A stretch of 64,000 nucleotides of DNA from Candidatus Aminicenantes bacterium (GTDB lineage: Bacteria > Acidobacteriota > Aminicenantia > Aminicenantales > Saccharicenantaceae). The stretch lies in assembly GCA_963796835.1 (NCBI GenBank), contig CAWCND010000011.1, positions 6,086 to 70,085 of the forward strand. The letters run 5' to 3'. Numbering within the stretch: position 1 is the stretch's first letter; every line of letters starts with the position of its first letter. Under the pieces are notes generated by a model. It ran no database searches, had not been told where the DNA came from, and saw only the letters and a list, made by a program, of their open reading frames with translations. The translations under genes were made by a program, and so were the position numbers. This document shows, one piece after another, positions 10,931 to 22,786 of this stretch.

Positions 10931-11998
10931 TCAGACGTTGAAGCGGATGCTCAGGATGTCGCCGTCCTTGACGCTGTAATCCCGGCCCGCGAGAAGGAAC
11001 TTGCCCTTGTCCTTGACGGCCTTCTCGGAGCCCCAGGCGACCAGGTCCTCGTACTTGAAGCATTCGGCGGCGATGAACCCCCGGGCCAGGTCGGAATGGA
11101 TGGCGGCGGCGGCCTCGACGGCCGTGGCGTTCCGCCGGACGTTCCAGGCCCGGACCTCGTCGTCCCCGACCGTGAAGAAGCTGATGTAGCCCAGGGCGTC
11201 GTAGGCGAGGGCCGTGAGCCGGTCGCGGGCGGACTCCCGAATGCCCATGTCGTCCATGAAGGCCCGGGCCGACTCCTCGTCGAGCCGGGAGAGCTCCATT
11301 TCGAACTCGCCGGCGAACTCGAGGGCCCGGTACCTCTCCCCTATTTCCGCGAGGGCGGCGCCGTTCCGGCCGAAGAGCGCTTCGTGGGAGTTCAGGATGA
11401 CCAGGGCCTGCTTCATGGTCAGGAACTGGAAGCCGCGGAGGAGGGTCTCGCCGTCCGCGTCCAGGTCCAGCTCGCGGACCGGGCGGCCGGCGTTGAGCCC
11501 CTCGACGACCCGGCGCAGGACTTTTTCCTCGGCCCTCAGGGCGGGCGTCGCCTGTCCCTTCTTGAGCCCGGACTCGATCTTCTCCAGCCGCTTCTCGGCG
11601 ATGATCAGGTCCGCGATCAGGAGCTCGTCCTCGATCTTGCGGAGGTCGGCGAGGGGCGTCGGGTCGCCCAAGAGGTCGCTCCCGAATCCGCGCAGGACGA
11701 CGGCCAGGGCATCGCAGGTGCGGACGAGCTTCATCATGTCGCCCGAAAAAGCATCGGCCCGGGCCTCCTCCTCGCTGACCCCGGCGAAGTCGACGATCTC
11801 GATCGTCGGATAGACGATCCTCTTCGGCCGGTAGATCGCGGAGAGGGCCGTGACGCGCTCGTCGCCGACCTTGACCGCCGCGAGGTTCGGACCGACGCGG
11901 CCGGCGCTGAAAGCGGAAACCGAGGCGGACGAACCCGTCAGGGCGTTGAACAGCGTCGTCTTGCCCGACTTCGGCAGCCCGATAAACCCGATCTTCAT
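10931..11998 (-). CDS. ychF: YchF/Obg-family ATPase with C-terminal TGS (DUF933) domain
   Basis: GLPKSGKTT P-loop, DFAG, SFFTVGDDEVRAW, IHSDLARGFI, DGDILSIRFNV. Confidence 0.9.
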   Translation of the reverse strand: MKIGFIGLPKSGKTTLFNALTGSSASVSAFSAGRVGPNLAAVKVGDERVTALSAIYRPKRIVYPTIEIVDFAGVSEEEARADAFSGDMMKLVRTCDALAVVLRGFGSDLLGDPTPLADLRKIEDELLIADLIIAEKRLEKIESGLKKGQATPALRAEEKVLRRVVEGLNAGRPVRELDLDADGETLLRGFQFLTMKQALVILNSHEALFGRNGAALAEIGERYRALEFAGEFEMELSRLDEESARAFMDDMGIRESARDRLTALAYDALGYISFFTVGDDEVRAWNVRRNATAVEAAAAIHSDLARGFIAAECFKYEDLVAWGSEKAVKDKGKFLLAGRDYSVKDGDILSIRFNV

Positions 11999-12205
11999 GA
12001 TTTCTCCACCCGGCCCGTGATCTCGGCCTATGCCTCAGGACCGGCCGGAAAGCCAGCAAAATCCCGTTCGCTCTTTTTCCTCTTGGGTCCGCCGGAGGGC
12101 GGCTAAGGGAGAGGCTCAAGTGCCTCAAACGAATGGAATTAGTATAGCAGAGCCGGGCCCGTTTGTCGAGCCCCTCGTTGCGGCCGGAAAAAATCCGCGG
12201 GCGCC

Positions 12206-13879
12206 CTATTTCACCCTATTCCGCACGGGCTTGAGCAGCAGGTCCTGGAAATCGTAGCTGAAATCGACGTCCGGCGAGGCCGGGACGCATCTTCGCCTGC
12301 TTCGATCGTGCCGTCCGGGTTGAGGGCGAACGTGACGAAGGCGTCGGCCCGGAGCTCGCGGTCGCGCCAGCGGACGAGGAACGTGTCGTGCTGCCAGTGC
12401 TCGAGGTCGCCGACGAGCGGCGGCGACTTCGTGAAGCGCATCACGAGCCTGCCGTCCTCGAGCGCGATATCGATATCGCCCGTACCAGGCGTCCCGGTAG
12501 GTCCCGGCGTATTTCTCGAGGGCGAGGGAGGGCTTCGAGCTCGCGTCGCGGGCGGCGCCGCCTTCCCACGACCTCCGCGTGTCCGCGCGTCGGCCCGCGC
12601 CTGGACCTTGAGGTAGGCCGTCGAGCCAATCGGTTCTCGGCGAATCGAGGTAAGTAGTCGGCGACGAACATCGTCAGCGCGGCGAAGGCCTCGTCCGACT
12701 TCCTGGTTGGTGAGGACGGCGATGCCGAGGTTACGCTCGGGGACGAGCCAGACCTGGGAAACATAGCCCGCCAGCCCGCCGGTGTGGCGTGACGACCTTG
12801 TAGGCCGCGGTAGTCCTTGACGTGGAGGCCCAGGGCGTAGCCGTTGAAGTTCGGCCTTCAGGGCCGCGAGCTCGGGCGGCGGGTGCCGGGTTGGGCATGG
12901 GCGTCACGAGGGTCGTGAGCTCCCGGTACGTCCGCTCCGAGAAGAGCCGCGTCCCGTCCGGCGAGCTGCCCGCGGCCGAGCAGGACCAGCATCCACTTCG
13001 CCATGTCCTCGGCGCAGGAGTTGATGCCGCCCGGCCGGGTTCGTGTTGTCGTTCGTCGAGGGCTTGACGAGCCGGACGACGCCGTCGACCTCGGCGTGCG
13101 TGGTCGCGACATTGCCGCCCTCGGCCGAGGCGGAATGGCGGACGTTGCGTCCACGTCATCCCGACCTTGGCCAGGATCCGCTCGGAGACGAAATCCTCCC
13201 AGGCCTTGCCGCTGACGGCCTCGATGACCTCCCCGGCCACGGAGTAGAGCAGGTTGTCGTAGGCGTAGGCGCTCGGAACGACGTCGCCGGCTTGATGTAG
13301 CGCAGGCGCGCGGACGATCTCCTTCCGGTTGTAGGTCGAGGGCGGCCAGAAGAGCAGGTCGCCCGCGCCGAGGCCCAGGCCGCTCCGGTGGACGAGGAGG
13401 TCGCGGACAGTCAGCTCCCGCGTGACGTAGGGGTCGTACATCTGGAACCACGGCAGGTAGCTGATGACCGGCGCGTCCCAGGCGAGCTTGCCTTCCTCGA
13501 CCAGCAGGCCCAGCGCGGTCGCCGTGAAGACCTTGGTGTTCGAGGCGATGCCGAAGAGCGTCCGGGCGTCGACGGGCGCGGGATCGCCGAGCTTCCGGAC
13601 CCCGTAGCCCTTGGCCACGATCACCTGCCCGTCCTTGACGATGGCCAGGGCCAGGCCCGGCACCTCGAAGGCCTTCATGATCCGGGCGGCCTCGGCATCA
13701 AGGCCGGGGGGCGGGGAAGGCGGTTTAAAGGTCGTGCCCGCGCCCGGCGCCAGCCCAACACCCGATGCGAGCCCAGCGCCGGACACTAGTCCAGTGCCGG
13801 ATGCGAGCCCAGCGAGCCAGAAGGCGACGACGGCGAAAACTGCCAGAAGAGTGCTTCGCGAGCGGCGGGGCGGGACCAT
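12206..13879 (-). CDS. Serine hydrolase (beta-lactamase family) with C-terminal DUF3471 (multiple frameshifts)
   Basis: SxxK in FGIASNTK, LLVHRSGL, YxN in YAYDNLLY; C-terminal LEHWQHDTF...DFQDLLLKP. Confidence 0.85.
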
Positions 13880-14139
13880 GGCTGACCTCCTTGCGATCAG
13901 TGCCGAAGCCATTTTTATACAATATCCCGGGGCCAAAAGAAAGCCGGCTATTAGCGCCTGGGTCTTCCTGCAGGTCTTCAAGGGCAGTCCGGAACCGGCC
14001 CGCTAGGGGTTCCATCGCTAGATTCTTAGGGCTAGGCTCGGACAACTGAGAAATCAGGATGCAAAACCCTTTTCGCCAAACTAAGGAAGCGCCGGATGAG
14101 TCAGGCGCCTGCGGCCACGCTGCGCCCCTTGCCTCTCGA

Positions 14140-14168
14140 TTGACATCGGCGGGGGGGTAAGATAAGCT
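14140..14168 (+). promoter_or_regulatory. Putative sigma70 promoter
   Basis: TTGACA-N17-TAAGCT upstream of the ORF at 14196. Confidence 0.5.
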
Positions 14169-14195
14169 TCCCTGCACAGGGAGGAAAGTCAGGCC

Positions 14196-14867
14196 ATGTC
14201 ACTCGTATCCATCTATAGCCAGGGAAAAATCACCGACATCGAAACGACCTTGAAAAAGCACCGCAGGCTGAAGCCAAGGCCGGGGCTTCTCACCTCATTC
14301 AGCAACCGAGCCGGCGCGGTGGTTCTTGGGATTTTTCTCATTGCGTTCGGCGTTTCCTGCGGCTATTTCCTCTTCACCGAACGCCTCAACTTCTTCCGCA
14401 CGGTCGTCATGATCCTTGGCGCTCTATGCGTGCCGCTCGGCCTGTGGATCCTGGCCAAGGCGTTCTATGCCTTCGGCAAATCCGCCCGCGCCCACAGCTT
14501 TTTCTTTTACGACGACTCCCGGATAGTCGTAGGGACGACGAAGCCGATCGATCAGGCTGACATTAAGCGGATCCAGCAAGCCGCCAAGCCGGAGAGGATC
14601 GGGATGCTCACAGCGCTCGCCCCGGGTTTCCTGGAAATTCCGGTCAAGGCCGTTGAACACATCGCCGTTCACGTGGCCAAGCCTCAACTCAACATCGACA
14701 AGATAACAATCAAGGGAGGCGGCGCCGCGATCGCGGTCGATTTCGACGTGCTCCTGCCCTCTCTCAATTTTTCGGGAATCAACGGCAACATGGCGTTAAA
14801 TTCAATTTCCCAGTATTACACGCAGGCCACGAACACCTGCCTCCCGGCTTCGATCGAGAATCCCTGA
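14196..14867 (+). CDS. Hypothetical membrane protein (2 TM)
   Basis: GGAGG ribosome-binding site, 223 aa ORF, two hydrophobic helices. Confidence 0.7.
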   Translation: MSLVSIYSQGKITDIETTLKKHRRLKPRPGLLTSFSNRAGAVVLGIFLIAFGVSCGYFLFTERLNFFRTVVMILGALCVPLGLWILAKAFYAFGKSARAHSFFFYDDSRIVVGTTKPIDQADIKRIQQAAKPERIGMLTALAPGFLEIPVKAVEHIAVHVAKPQLNIDKITIKGGGAAIAVDFDVLLPSLNFSGINGNMALNSISQYYTQATNTCLPASIENP

Positions 14868-14960
14868 TAGCCAGGGGGAAGCCACCCCTCGGAATTCCCA
14901 GCGCGCTCGCGCACTCCCCTTCCGCCTCGGGCGGGCAGGGACTTGTACCAGGCCACCCAT

Positions 14961-14980
14961 AATTACGGTGACACACAATT
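14961..14980. repeat. REP-like unit AATTACGGTGACACACAATT
   Basis: Near-identical to the unit at 5075-5094. Confidence 0.5.
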
Positions 14981-15119
14981 AATTACCGAAATAGGGGCCT
15001 GAACTTATTCTTGAAAACGCTGGAAACGGCCGTCAAGGAAGCGTATAAGGAAAGGGATATCCCATTCTGACTCGGTCCGGGATGGCCGGGCAAGCCGGCC
15101 GTCCGAAGGAGGTTCACGA

Positions 15120-16337
15120 ATGGACCAGGAAAAACCCAAGATCTACGGCTACCGGTGGATGGTCTTGCTCGCCTTTATGCTGATCGCCATGATGACCCAG
15201 GTCCTATGGATCACGTTCGCCGCGATCGACACCGCCGCGGCACAGTTCTACGGGAAGTCGGACTTCATGATCGGCCTGCTGTCCATGAGCTTCATGATCG
15301 TTTACATCCCGATGGTCCTGCCGTCGGCCTGGGCGATCGACACCTGGGGCTTCAAGGCGGCGGTTGGCTTCGGCGCCGTCCTGACCGCCGTCTTCGCCCT
15401 GACCCGCGGGATCTTCGCCTCGAACTTCACCATCGTCCTTCTCTCGACGATCGGGATCGCGATCGGCCAGCCCTTCATCATCGGGGCCATCACCAAGGTC
15501 GCGGCCCGCTGGTTCCCGGCTGAGGAGCGGGCGACGGCCTCCGGGCTCGGCACGCTGGCCCTCTACCTGGGCCCCTTATTGGCCATGCTCCTTGGACCCT
15601 ATCTCGTCCTGCACATCGGACTGCCCCGCATGCTCCTCATCTACGGCATCGCCACGGCCGCGGCGGCCGCCGTCTTCCTCTTCGTTGCCCGCGAGCACCC
15701 GCCGACCCCGGCAGGGCGCGACGAGCGCACCCTGATGCTCGACGGCCTAAAATCCATGATCCGCCAGCGCGACTTCATCATTCTCCTGTTCATGTTCTTT
15801 GTCGGGCTGGGCCTGTTCAACAGCGTCTCGACCTGGATCGACGTCATCATCCGGCCGCGCGGCTTTTCCATCACCCAGGCCGGAACGCTCGGCGGCCTGA
15901 TGCTCGTCGGCGGGATCGTCGGCGCCGTCGTCGTCCCGCTCTTCTCCGACAAGCTCCGGCGCCGGAAGCCGTTCATCCTCCTGGCGCTCGGCGGTCTCCT
16001 CCCCGGCCTCCTGGGGATCACTTTCGCCGGGAGCTACGGATTTCTGCTCCTGTCCGGATTCGTGTTCGGGTTCTTCCTGCTGAGCGCGGGGCCCATCGGC
16101 TTCCAGTACGGGGCCGAGATCACTCATCCGGCGCCGGAGGGCACGTCCAACAGCCTGCTCATCGTCATGGGGCAGGTCTCGGGGATCGCCTTCATCATTG
16201 GCATGGACCTGCTCAAGTCGCCGACAACCAAATCCATGACCGTCCCGCTCCTGATCCAGGCGGGGTTGATCGCAATCGCGATCGTCTTCGCGGCCATGCT
16301 CCACGAGTCCCCGATCCACGCCAAGCAGGTGAGTTAG
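15120..16337 (+). CDS. MFS transporter (FLVCR-like)
   Basis: YRWMVL, ARWFPAEERATASG, about 12 TM helices, GAEITHPAPEGTS. Confidence 0.9.
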   Translation: MDQEKPKIYGYRWMVLLAFMLIAMMTQVLWITFAAIDTAAAQFYGKSDFMIGLLSMSFMIVYIPMVLPSAWAIDTWGFKAAVGFGAVLTAVFALTRGIFASNFTIVLLSTIGIAIGQPFIIGAITKVAARWFPAEERATASGLGTLALYLGPLLAMLLGPYLVLHIGLPRMLLIYGIATAAAAAVFLFVAREHPPTPAGRDERTLMLDGLKSMIRQRDFIILLFMFFVGLGLFNSVSTWIDVIIRPRGFSITQAGTLGGLMLVGGIVGAVVVPLFSDKLRRRKPFILLALGGLLPGLLGITFAGSYGFLLLSGFVFGFFLLSAGPIGFQYGAEITHPAPEGTSNSLLIVMGQVSGIAFIIGMDLLKSPTTKSMTVPLLIQAGLIAIAIVFAAMLHESPIHAKQVS

Positions 16338-16345
16338 ACCAAAGA

Positions 16346-16384
16346 GGTCGCGGACTCGGAGGAAGTCCCCCCGAGTCCGCAACC
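16346..16384. terminator. Hairpin between convergent genes (probable terminator)
   Basis: GCGGACTCGG / CCGAGTCCGC stem. Confidence 0.55.
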
Positions 16385-16398
16385 GCTTATAAAGAAAA

Positions 16399-19300
16399 TC
16401 AGTTTGACTGCGCCGCCTGGATCGGGTCGGGGCGAACCGAAACCTTGCCGCTGTAGGTCTTGCCTCCGACGGTCAGCTTGACGACGTAGACTCCCGGCTC
16501 GGCCCCCTGCCCGCCCATGCCCCGGCCCCCGAAGCCCATCCCTCCCCCGGGGAACCCGCCCATGCCGGCGCGGATGATGGGCATGACGCTCCGCTGGATG
16601 TCGGCGTATTTCCGGTAGTTCGTTCCGAACTGCTCGAGCCCGGCCTGGGCGGTCTGGAGGGCCGTTTTCTGCTCGGCCGTGAGGTCGGCCCTCAGGAGGG
16701 CGGTCTCGATCTGCTTCTTGAGGTTCGAAACCATCCCCTGGACGGTCTGCGCGGGCGGGTCGAACCGGAGGTCCCAGGCGATCCGGTTGATGCCGGGCTC
16801 GGCCGTGTCGAGGATGTAGGTCGTCTTGAGGGCCCCGGTGGCGTCCACGATCTCGAGGGTGCCCGGCTTCTCGGGCTTGGCCTTGAGGTAGAAATTGAGC
16901 AAGGCCCCGGCCGGCGGGTTCTCCCCCTTGAAGAACAGGTCGCCCCGGCTGTACCCGCCGCGGCCGATCTCGAGCCAGCGCGTGCCCGGCTTGTTGACGT
17001 CGAAAAGAACGGCGTCCTGGCCGAGGACGCTGTCGGTCGCCCCGCGGAGGGCCGTGATGTCGTCCATGATCCAGATGCCGCGGCCGTGCGTCCCCGCGAT
17101 GAGGTCGTTGTCGCGCGGGTGGATGAGGAGGTCATGGACGGGCACTGTCGGCAGGTTGAGGTTCAGGCTCGACCAGGCCTTGCCGCCGTCGCGGCTGAAA
17201 TAGGCGCCGTACTCGGTCCCCAGGAAGAGGAGGTCCTTGTTCTTGAGATCCTCCCTGATGACGTAGACCGGCTTGCCGTCGGGCAGGTTCGCCGTGAGGT
17301 TCGTCCAGGTCTTGCCGTAGTCCGTCGTCTTGAACACGTAGGTGTGGAAATCGTCGCTGCGGTGCCCGTCGAAGGTCACGTAGCACGTGCCGGCGTCGAA
17401 GTGCGAGGCCTCGACCCGGCTGACCCAGGTCCCCTTCGGGACGAGCGGGATCGCGGCCCGGACGTTCGTCCAGGTCACGCCGTCGTTCCGGGTGAGCTGG
17501 ACGTTGCCGTCGTCCGTGCCGACCCAGATGATGCCGGGGACGAGCGGCGATTCGGAGACGGTGATGATCGTGCAGTGCGTTTCGGCGCCCGTCACGTCGC
17601 GGGTGATGCCGCCGGAGGGCTTCTCGGGCGCGTACTTGGTCTTGTCGTTCGTCGTCAGGTCGGGGCTGAGGATCATCCACTTGTCGCCGCGGTCCAGGGA
17701 CCGGAAGAGGTGGTTGCCGCCCATGTAGATCGTCTTGGGATTGTGCGGGGACGCGATAATGGGCGTGCTCCAGTTGAACCGGAAGGGCCCGCGCCTGCCG
17801 CCCCGCCATGGCCATCATCGCCTCTTCTGGCGACGGCACCGGCTGGGCCGTCGGCGCGGGCTTCTGGCCCGGCGCCGGCGGTTTCGGCTTGGCCGCGGGT
17901 TGGGGCGCCGGCTTCGCGGCCGGCTTGCCCGAGGGCTTCGCGGCCGGCTTGTCGGGATAGTAGTCCTTGTAATTGACGATATTCCCCTGCATCGGCCGGA
18001 TGCTCTTCGTCTCCCGGGTCTCGACGTTCACCCGCAGGACCGAGCCGCCCTGGCTCTCGCAGTAAACCGTCCGCCAGTCGGTCGGGTCGTTCTGGGTGTG
18101 GAAGCCGTCGCCGCCCCCGATGTTGAACCAGAAGTCGGTCAGGATCGTCCCTTCGCGGCTCATCGAGGGGCCGCCCCAGGTGCCGTTGTCCTGGAGGCCG
18201 CCGTAGACGTAGTACGGGATCGCGCATGTCGACGCTCACGGCGTAGAACTGGGCGAAGACAGAGGTTGTCGTAGAAGACCCAGGTCTTGCCGTTGTCGTA
18301 GGTGATCGACGCCCCGCCGTCCTGGCCGACGTAGAAGCGGTTCTTGTTCGTCGGGTCGAGCCACATGGCGTGGTAGTCGGGGTGGAGGCCGCCGATCTGG
18401 GTCCAGGTCTTGCCGCCGTCGCTCGAGAAGTTCAGGTTCGTCGTCAGGAAGTAGGCCCACTTGTCCTCGACGGGGTTGATATAGATATGGCTGTAGTAGA
18501 ACGGCCGGTTGTTCATCCGGTTGACGAACTGCCAGGTCGCCCCGCCGTCCTCCGTCCGGTAAACGCCCGTGCCGAGCTTGGTCATGTCGGCGTAATCGGG
18601 GTTGGGCTTCCGGACGTCCTTTTCGGTGACCTGGGCGGTCGGCTGGAAGGTGGCCTCGACGACGGCCATGAGGACCTTGGGGTTCGAGCGGGAGATGGCC
18701 AGGCCGATCCGGCCGGTGTCGCCCGAGGGGAGCCCCTTGGTCAGCTTGGTCCAGGTCGCGCCGCCGTCGGTCGATTTGAAGATGCCGCCGTTCGGGCCCC
18801 CGGAATCGAAGCGCCAGGGCTGGCGGAGCCGCTGCCAGAACGAGACATAGAGGATGTCCGGGTTCGTCGGGTCCATGACCAGGTCGATGGCGCCCGTCTT
18901 CCCGTCGTTGGGCAGGCCGTTGCCGAGCTTGACCCAGGTCTTGCCGCCGTCGGTCGTCTTGAACAGGCCGCGGTCGCCCGTGTAGCCCCAGGGATGGCCC
19001 GAGGCGGCCACGTAGACGATATTGGGGTCGGTCGGGTGGGTCCGGATGCGGCCGACCGTCTGGGTCGTCTCCAGGCCCATCCGGGTGAAGGTCTTGCCGC
19101 CGTCGGTCGATTTATAGACGCCGTCGCCCCACGAGACGCTGTTCCGGACGCAGGCTTCGCCCGTCCCGACCCAGATGATGTTCGGGTCCTTCTGGAAGAA
19201 CTTCACGTCGCCGATCGAGGAGGAGCCGTACTTGTCGAAGATGGGCTCCCAGGTCGTGCCGGCGTTCACGGACTTGAAGACGCCGCCGGACGCCCCGGCG

Positions 19301-19512
19301 ACGAGGACGTTGGTGAAGTCGCTTTCGAGGGCCTCGAAGGCCGAGATGCGGCCGACCATGTTGGCCGGCCCGATGCTGCGCCATTTGAGGTGCTTGATCA
19401 AGGCCTGGTTCGGGTCCTGGGGCGCGTTCTGGGCCGAGAACGGTCCGGCCAGGGCCAGGGTGACGACCAGAAGAAAGGTCACGCGAAGCGCGGTTTTCAG
19501 CCTGTTTTTCAT
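16399..19512 (-). CDS. Secreted BNR/Asp-box repeat (VPS10/sortilin-like) glycosyl hydrolase-like protein (frameshifts near 18250 and 17780)
   Basis: WRSIGPANMVGR, many SxDGGxTW Asp boxes, GGGDGF, GTHGRG; three ORFs join into one gene. Confidence 0.85.
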
Positions 19513-19530
19513 GGGGTCCTCCATTTATGA

Positions 19531-20175
19531 TCATTCACGTTCGATCAGCTTCAGGACGGCCTTCAGGGAAGCGATGTCCGGCTGTCCCTCGGCCGTCTCC
19601 TTGCCCGGGGCGAGAGAGGCGTAGGTCAGGGGCGCGCCGAAGAAAGGTCCGGCGATCCGGGTGATGAGGCCGAGCTTGCCGAGGCCGAGGGCGACGACGT
19701 TCTTCCGCGTTTCGTAGAGGGAGAAGAGCCGGGCGCAGTCCTGGACGCTCTGGACGCGGCAGATGATCTTGGCGATATCGCCGCCCAGGTCAAAGCACTC
19801 CTCGATCTTGAGAAGGAGGATCTGTTTGAGCGGCGTCTCGGTGTGGTTGTGGTAGGAGACGATGATCCGGCAATGGTGCTCCCTGGCGGCCGCCAACACC
19901 GGGTCCCGGAATTGCGGCGGGAACTCGAGCTCGATATCCACGTAAGCCGCCCCGGCCGCGATCGCGGCCAGGAGGGCCGCCATCCTGGCGTCGTCGGGGC
20001 GCGTCCCCGGACGGCACGTGGCGACCAGCTTGAGCGGGGCGGAAAAAAGCTCCTTGATCTCGACAAGCGACAGGCCGGTCTTGTCGATCCGGATCTCAGC
20101 CAGCTCGAGCCCCTTCAGGGCGGCCCGGCATTCGTCGAGGGTGGGTTCGGCGATGCTTACACAGATCATGGGCAT
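19531..20175 (-). CDS. aroD: Type I 3-dehydroquinate dehydratase
   Basis: EIRID, ATCR, YVDIEL, IVSYHN, DIAKI, TAEGQ. Confidence 0.85.
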   Translation of the reverse strand: MPMICVSIAEPTLDECRAALKGLELAEIRIDKTGLSLVEIKELFSAPLKLVATCRPGTRPDDARMAALLAAIAAGAAYVDIELEFPPQFRDPVLAAAREHHCRIIVSYHNHTETPLKQILLLKIEECFDLGGDIAKIICRVQSVQDCARLFSLYETRKNVVALGLGKLGLITRIAGPFFGAPLTYASLAPGKETAEGQPDIASLKAVLKLIERE

Positions 20176-20221
20176 ACTCCTCCCCGTTCATTAGACGGCG
20201 GGACCGCCGCTTTCTTCCATG

Positions 20222-21313
20222 TCATGTTCTGTCAGCTCTCAAGGCCGCGAGGCTCAGGATGAGGACCGCCGCGGCGCACACCGTCTTGCCGGCGCCGATC
20301 ACGGAGATGCCGGCCAGCGACACCCCTCTGAGAACGTCGAGGTAATGAAAGGAGATGGCCCCGGCAAGAGACCCGCCCAAGTAAAGGGCCAGGACCACGC
20401 CGACCGCGGTGATATGAGGCCGGAGCCGTTTTCGCCTGACGGCCCTCACGGCCAGGAAAAGAAGGCCCGATGTCGCGGCGGCGATCAGGGCCAGGAGGGG
20501 CCTTTGATAGGACTGCCGGGCGTAATAGAGGTCCATTCCGACGATGATCCTCCTCCCCAATTCCGACAGCCGTCGGCCGACGTGGAAGATCTCAAAGAAG
20601 GCGGCAAGAAAGAGGACCGTTGCGGAGACCGCCCAGAGCCACCACTCCCCTTCCGGGCCGGCGAGGCGCAAGCGGGCCGGGCGCCGCCGGAGGGCGTTGG
20701 CCGCGCAGGCCAGTCCGCCCAGGATGATCAGGGCGAGGAGGGCGAGCCGGACCGAGCCGGGAGGATCATGGAAGACCTCGGGCTCGGGCGGCCGTCCGCC
20801 GGGCAGGAAGGGGGTGTCCGGATTGAGCGTGTTCGGGATAGCGTAGACCCGTATTTTGCCGAATTCCGGCTCGGCCTCGTGCCCGTTCGGCACCCTGACG
20901 GGAATGGCCTCCGCATTGGCGCCATTCGTCCTCGTCCGCCAATCTCCCGTCGGGGACACCCATATGACCAGCTGGACGAAGGCCATCTTCTCCTGCTCCG
21001 TGACGTTGATCCTGAACGGATACGTGCCGCCGCTTTGGACCGGGATAGGCGGGCTGGGTGCCGGCAGGCGCCCGGCCGCCAGGTGGCTTTTCCCCAGCAG
21101 GTAGATGTTGACCACGAGATGGGACGATCCCGGAACGTTCCCGAGCGTGACGCGGACATCCATGGGGCTGCCGACGACGGCGTAGCGCGGCGCTTCGACG
21201 GTCAGCCAATTCGCATAGGGAGAGTGGAACAAGCTGAGGAAAGCCCAGACCCCGGCAAAAATAAAGAACAGAACTGCCGCGAAGATCAGGCCCCTCGGCG
21301 TTTTTTTCGGCAT
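20222..21313 (-). CDS. Hypothetical membrane protein (N-terminal anchor, soluble domain, about 5 C-terminal TM helices)
   Basis: 363 aa ORF with a hydrophobic C-terminal half. Confidence 0.65.
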   Translation of the reverse strand: MPKKTPRGLIFAAVLFFIFAGVWAFLSLFHSPYANWLTVEAPRYAVVGSPMDVRVTLGNVPGSSHLVVNIYLLGKSHLAAGRLPAPSPPIPVQSGGTYPFRINVTEQEKMAFVQLVIWVSPTGDWRTRTNGANAEAIPVRVPNGHEAEPEFGKIRVYAIPNTLNPDTPFLPGGRPPEPEVFHDPPGSVRLALLALIILGGLACAANALRRRPARLRLAGPEGEWWLWAVSATVLFLAAFFEIFHVGRRLSELGRRIIVGMDLYYARQSYQRPLLALIAAATSGLLFLAVRAVRRKRLRPHITAVGVVLALYLGGSLAGAISFHYLDVLRGVSLAGISVIGAGKTVCAAAVLILSLAALRADRT

Positions 21314-21734
21314 GCGCTCCGTTCTATTACGGTTAGGCCGCCGGGGCGGGCCATTATGGATCGGCGTGAAAGCCCGGCCGGCACCCGTGATGTTAAATCA
21401 CCCCCTCCTCGGAAGTCAAACCGGCCGGGGGCGCAACGCAAAATTAGCCTTCGGGCGGCCTCATTCGGTAATGAGTCGGCTGTCACCGTATTATAGAGGA
21501 TTGGACTTCGGTGATGGCTGAAGCGATAGAAGAAAAATGCGAAGGGGGTGTTCCCGGAGGAGGGCGTGTGGAGGGCGGAGCGGGCACGGTTCCCCGACCA
21601 AGGGTCGGGGAGAGCGAAGCCCGGAACCGAAGCGGGTTTGGCTCGCCGGGACAAACCCGCGACCCGACAGAGGGAATCCCCCGAGCTCAACCCTAAAAAA
21701 AAGCTGAAGCTCGCACCGAAGTTCGACAACATTA

Positions 21735-21764
21735 TTGACAGGGCGCGGGGGCCGGCGCTATAGT
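21735..21764 (+). promoter_or_regulatory. Putative sigma70 promoter of pyrB
   Basis: TTGACA-N18-TATAGT, then AAGGAG ribosome-binding site and ATG at 21788. Confidence 0.55.
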
Positions 21765-21787
21765 CCTTGCGGACAAAAGGAGCCAAC

Positions 21788-22772
<985 letters not shown>

Positions 22773-22786
22773 TAACGGCCGGCGGC

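Noticed and set aside
17830-17950. KPAAKP repeats as a DNA repeat element
   Set aside because: Low-complexity Pro/Ala/Lys linker inside the BNR protein coding sequence.
21500-21787. PyrR attenuator ahead of pyrB
   Set aside because: No PyrR-binding loop consensus was seen, and the best promoter lies only about 25 bp before the start codon.
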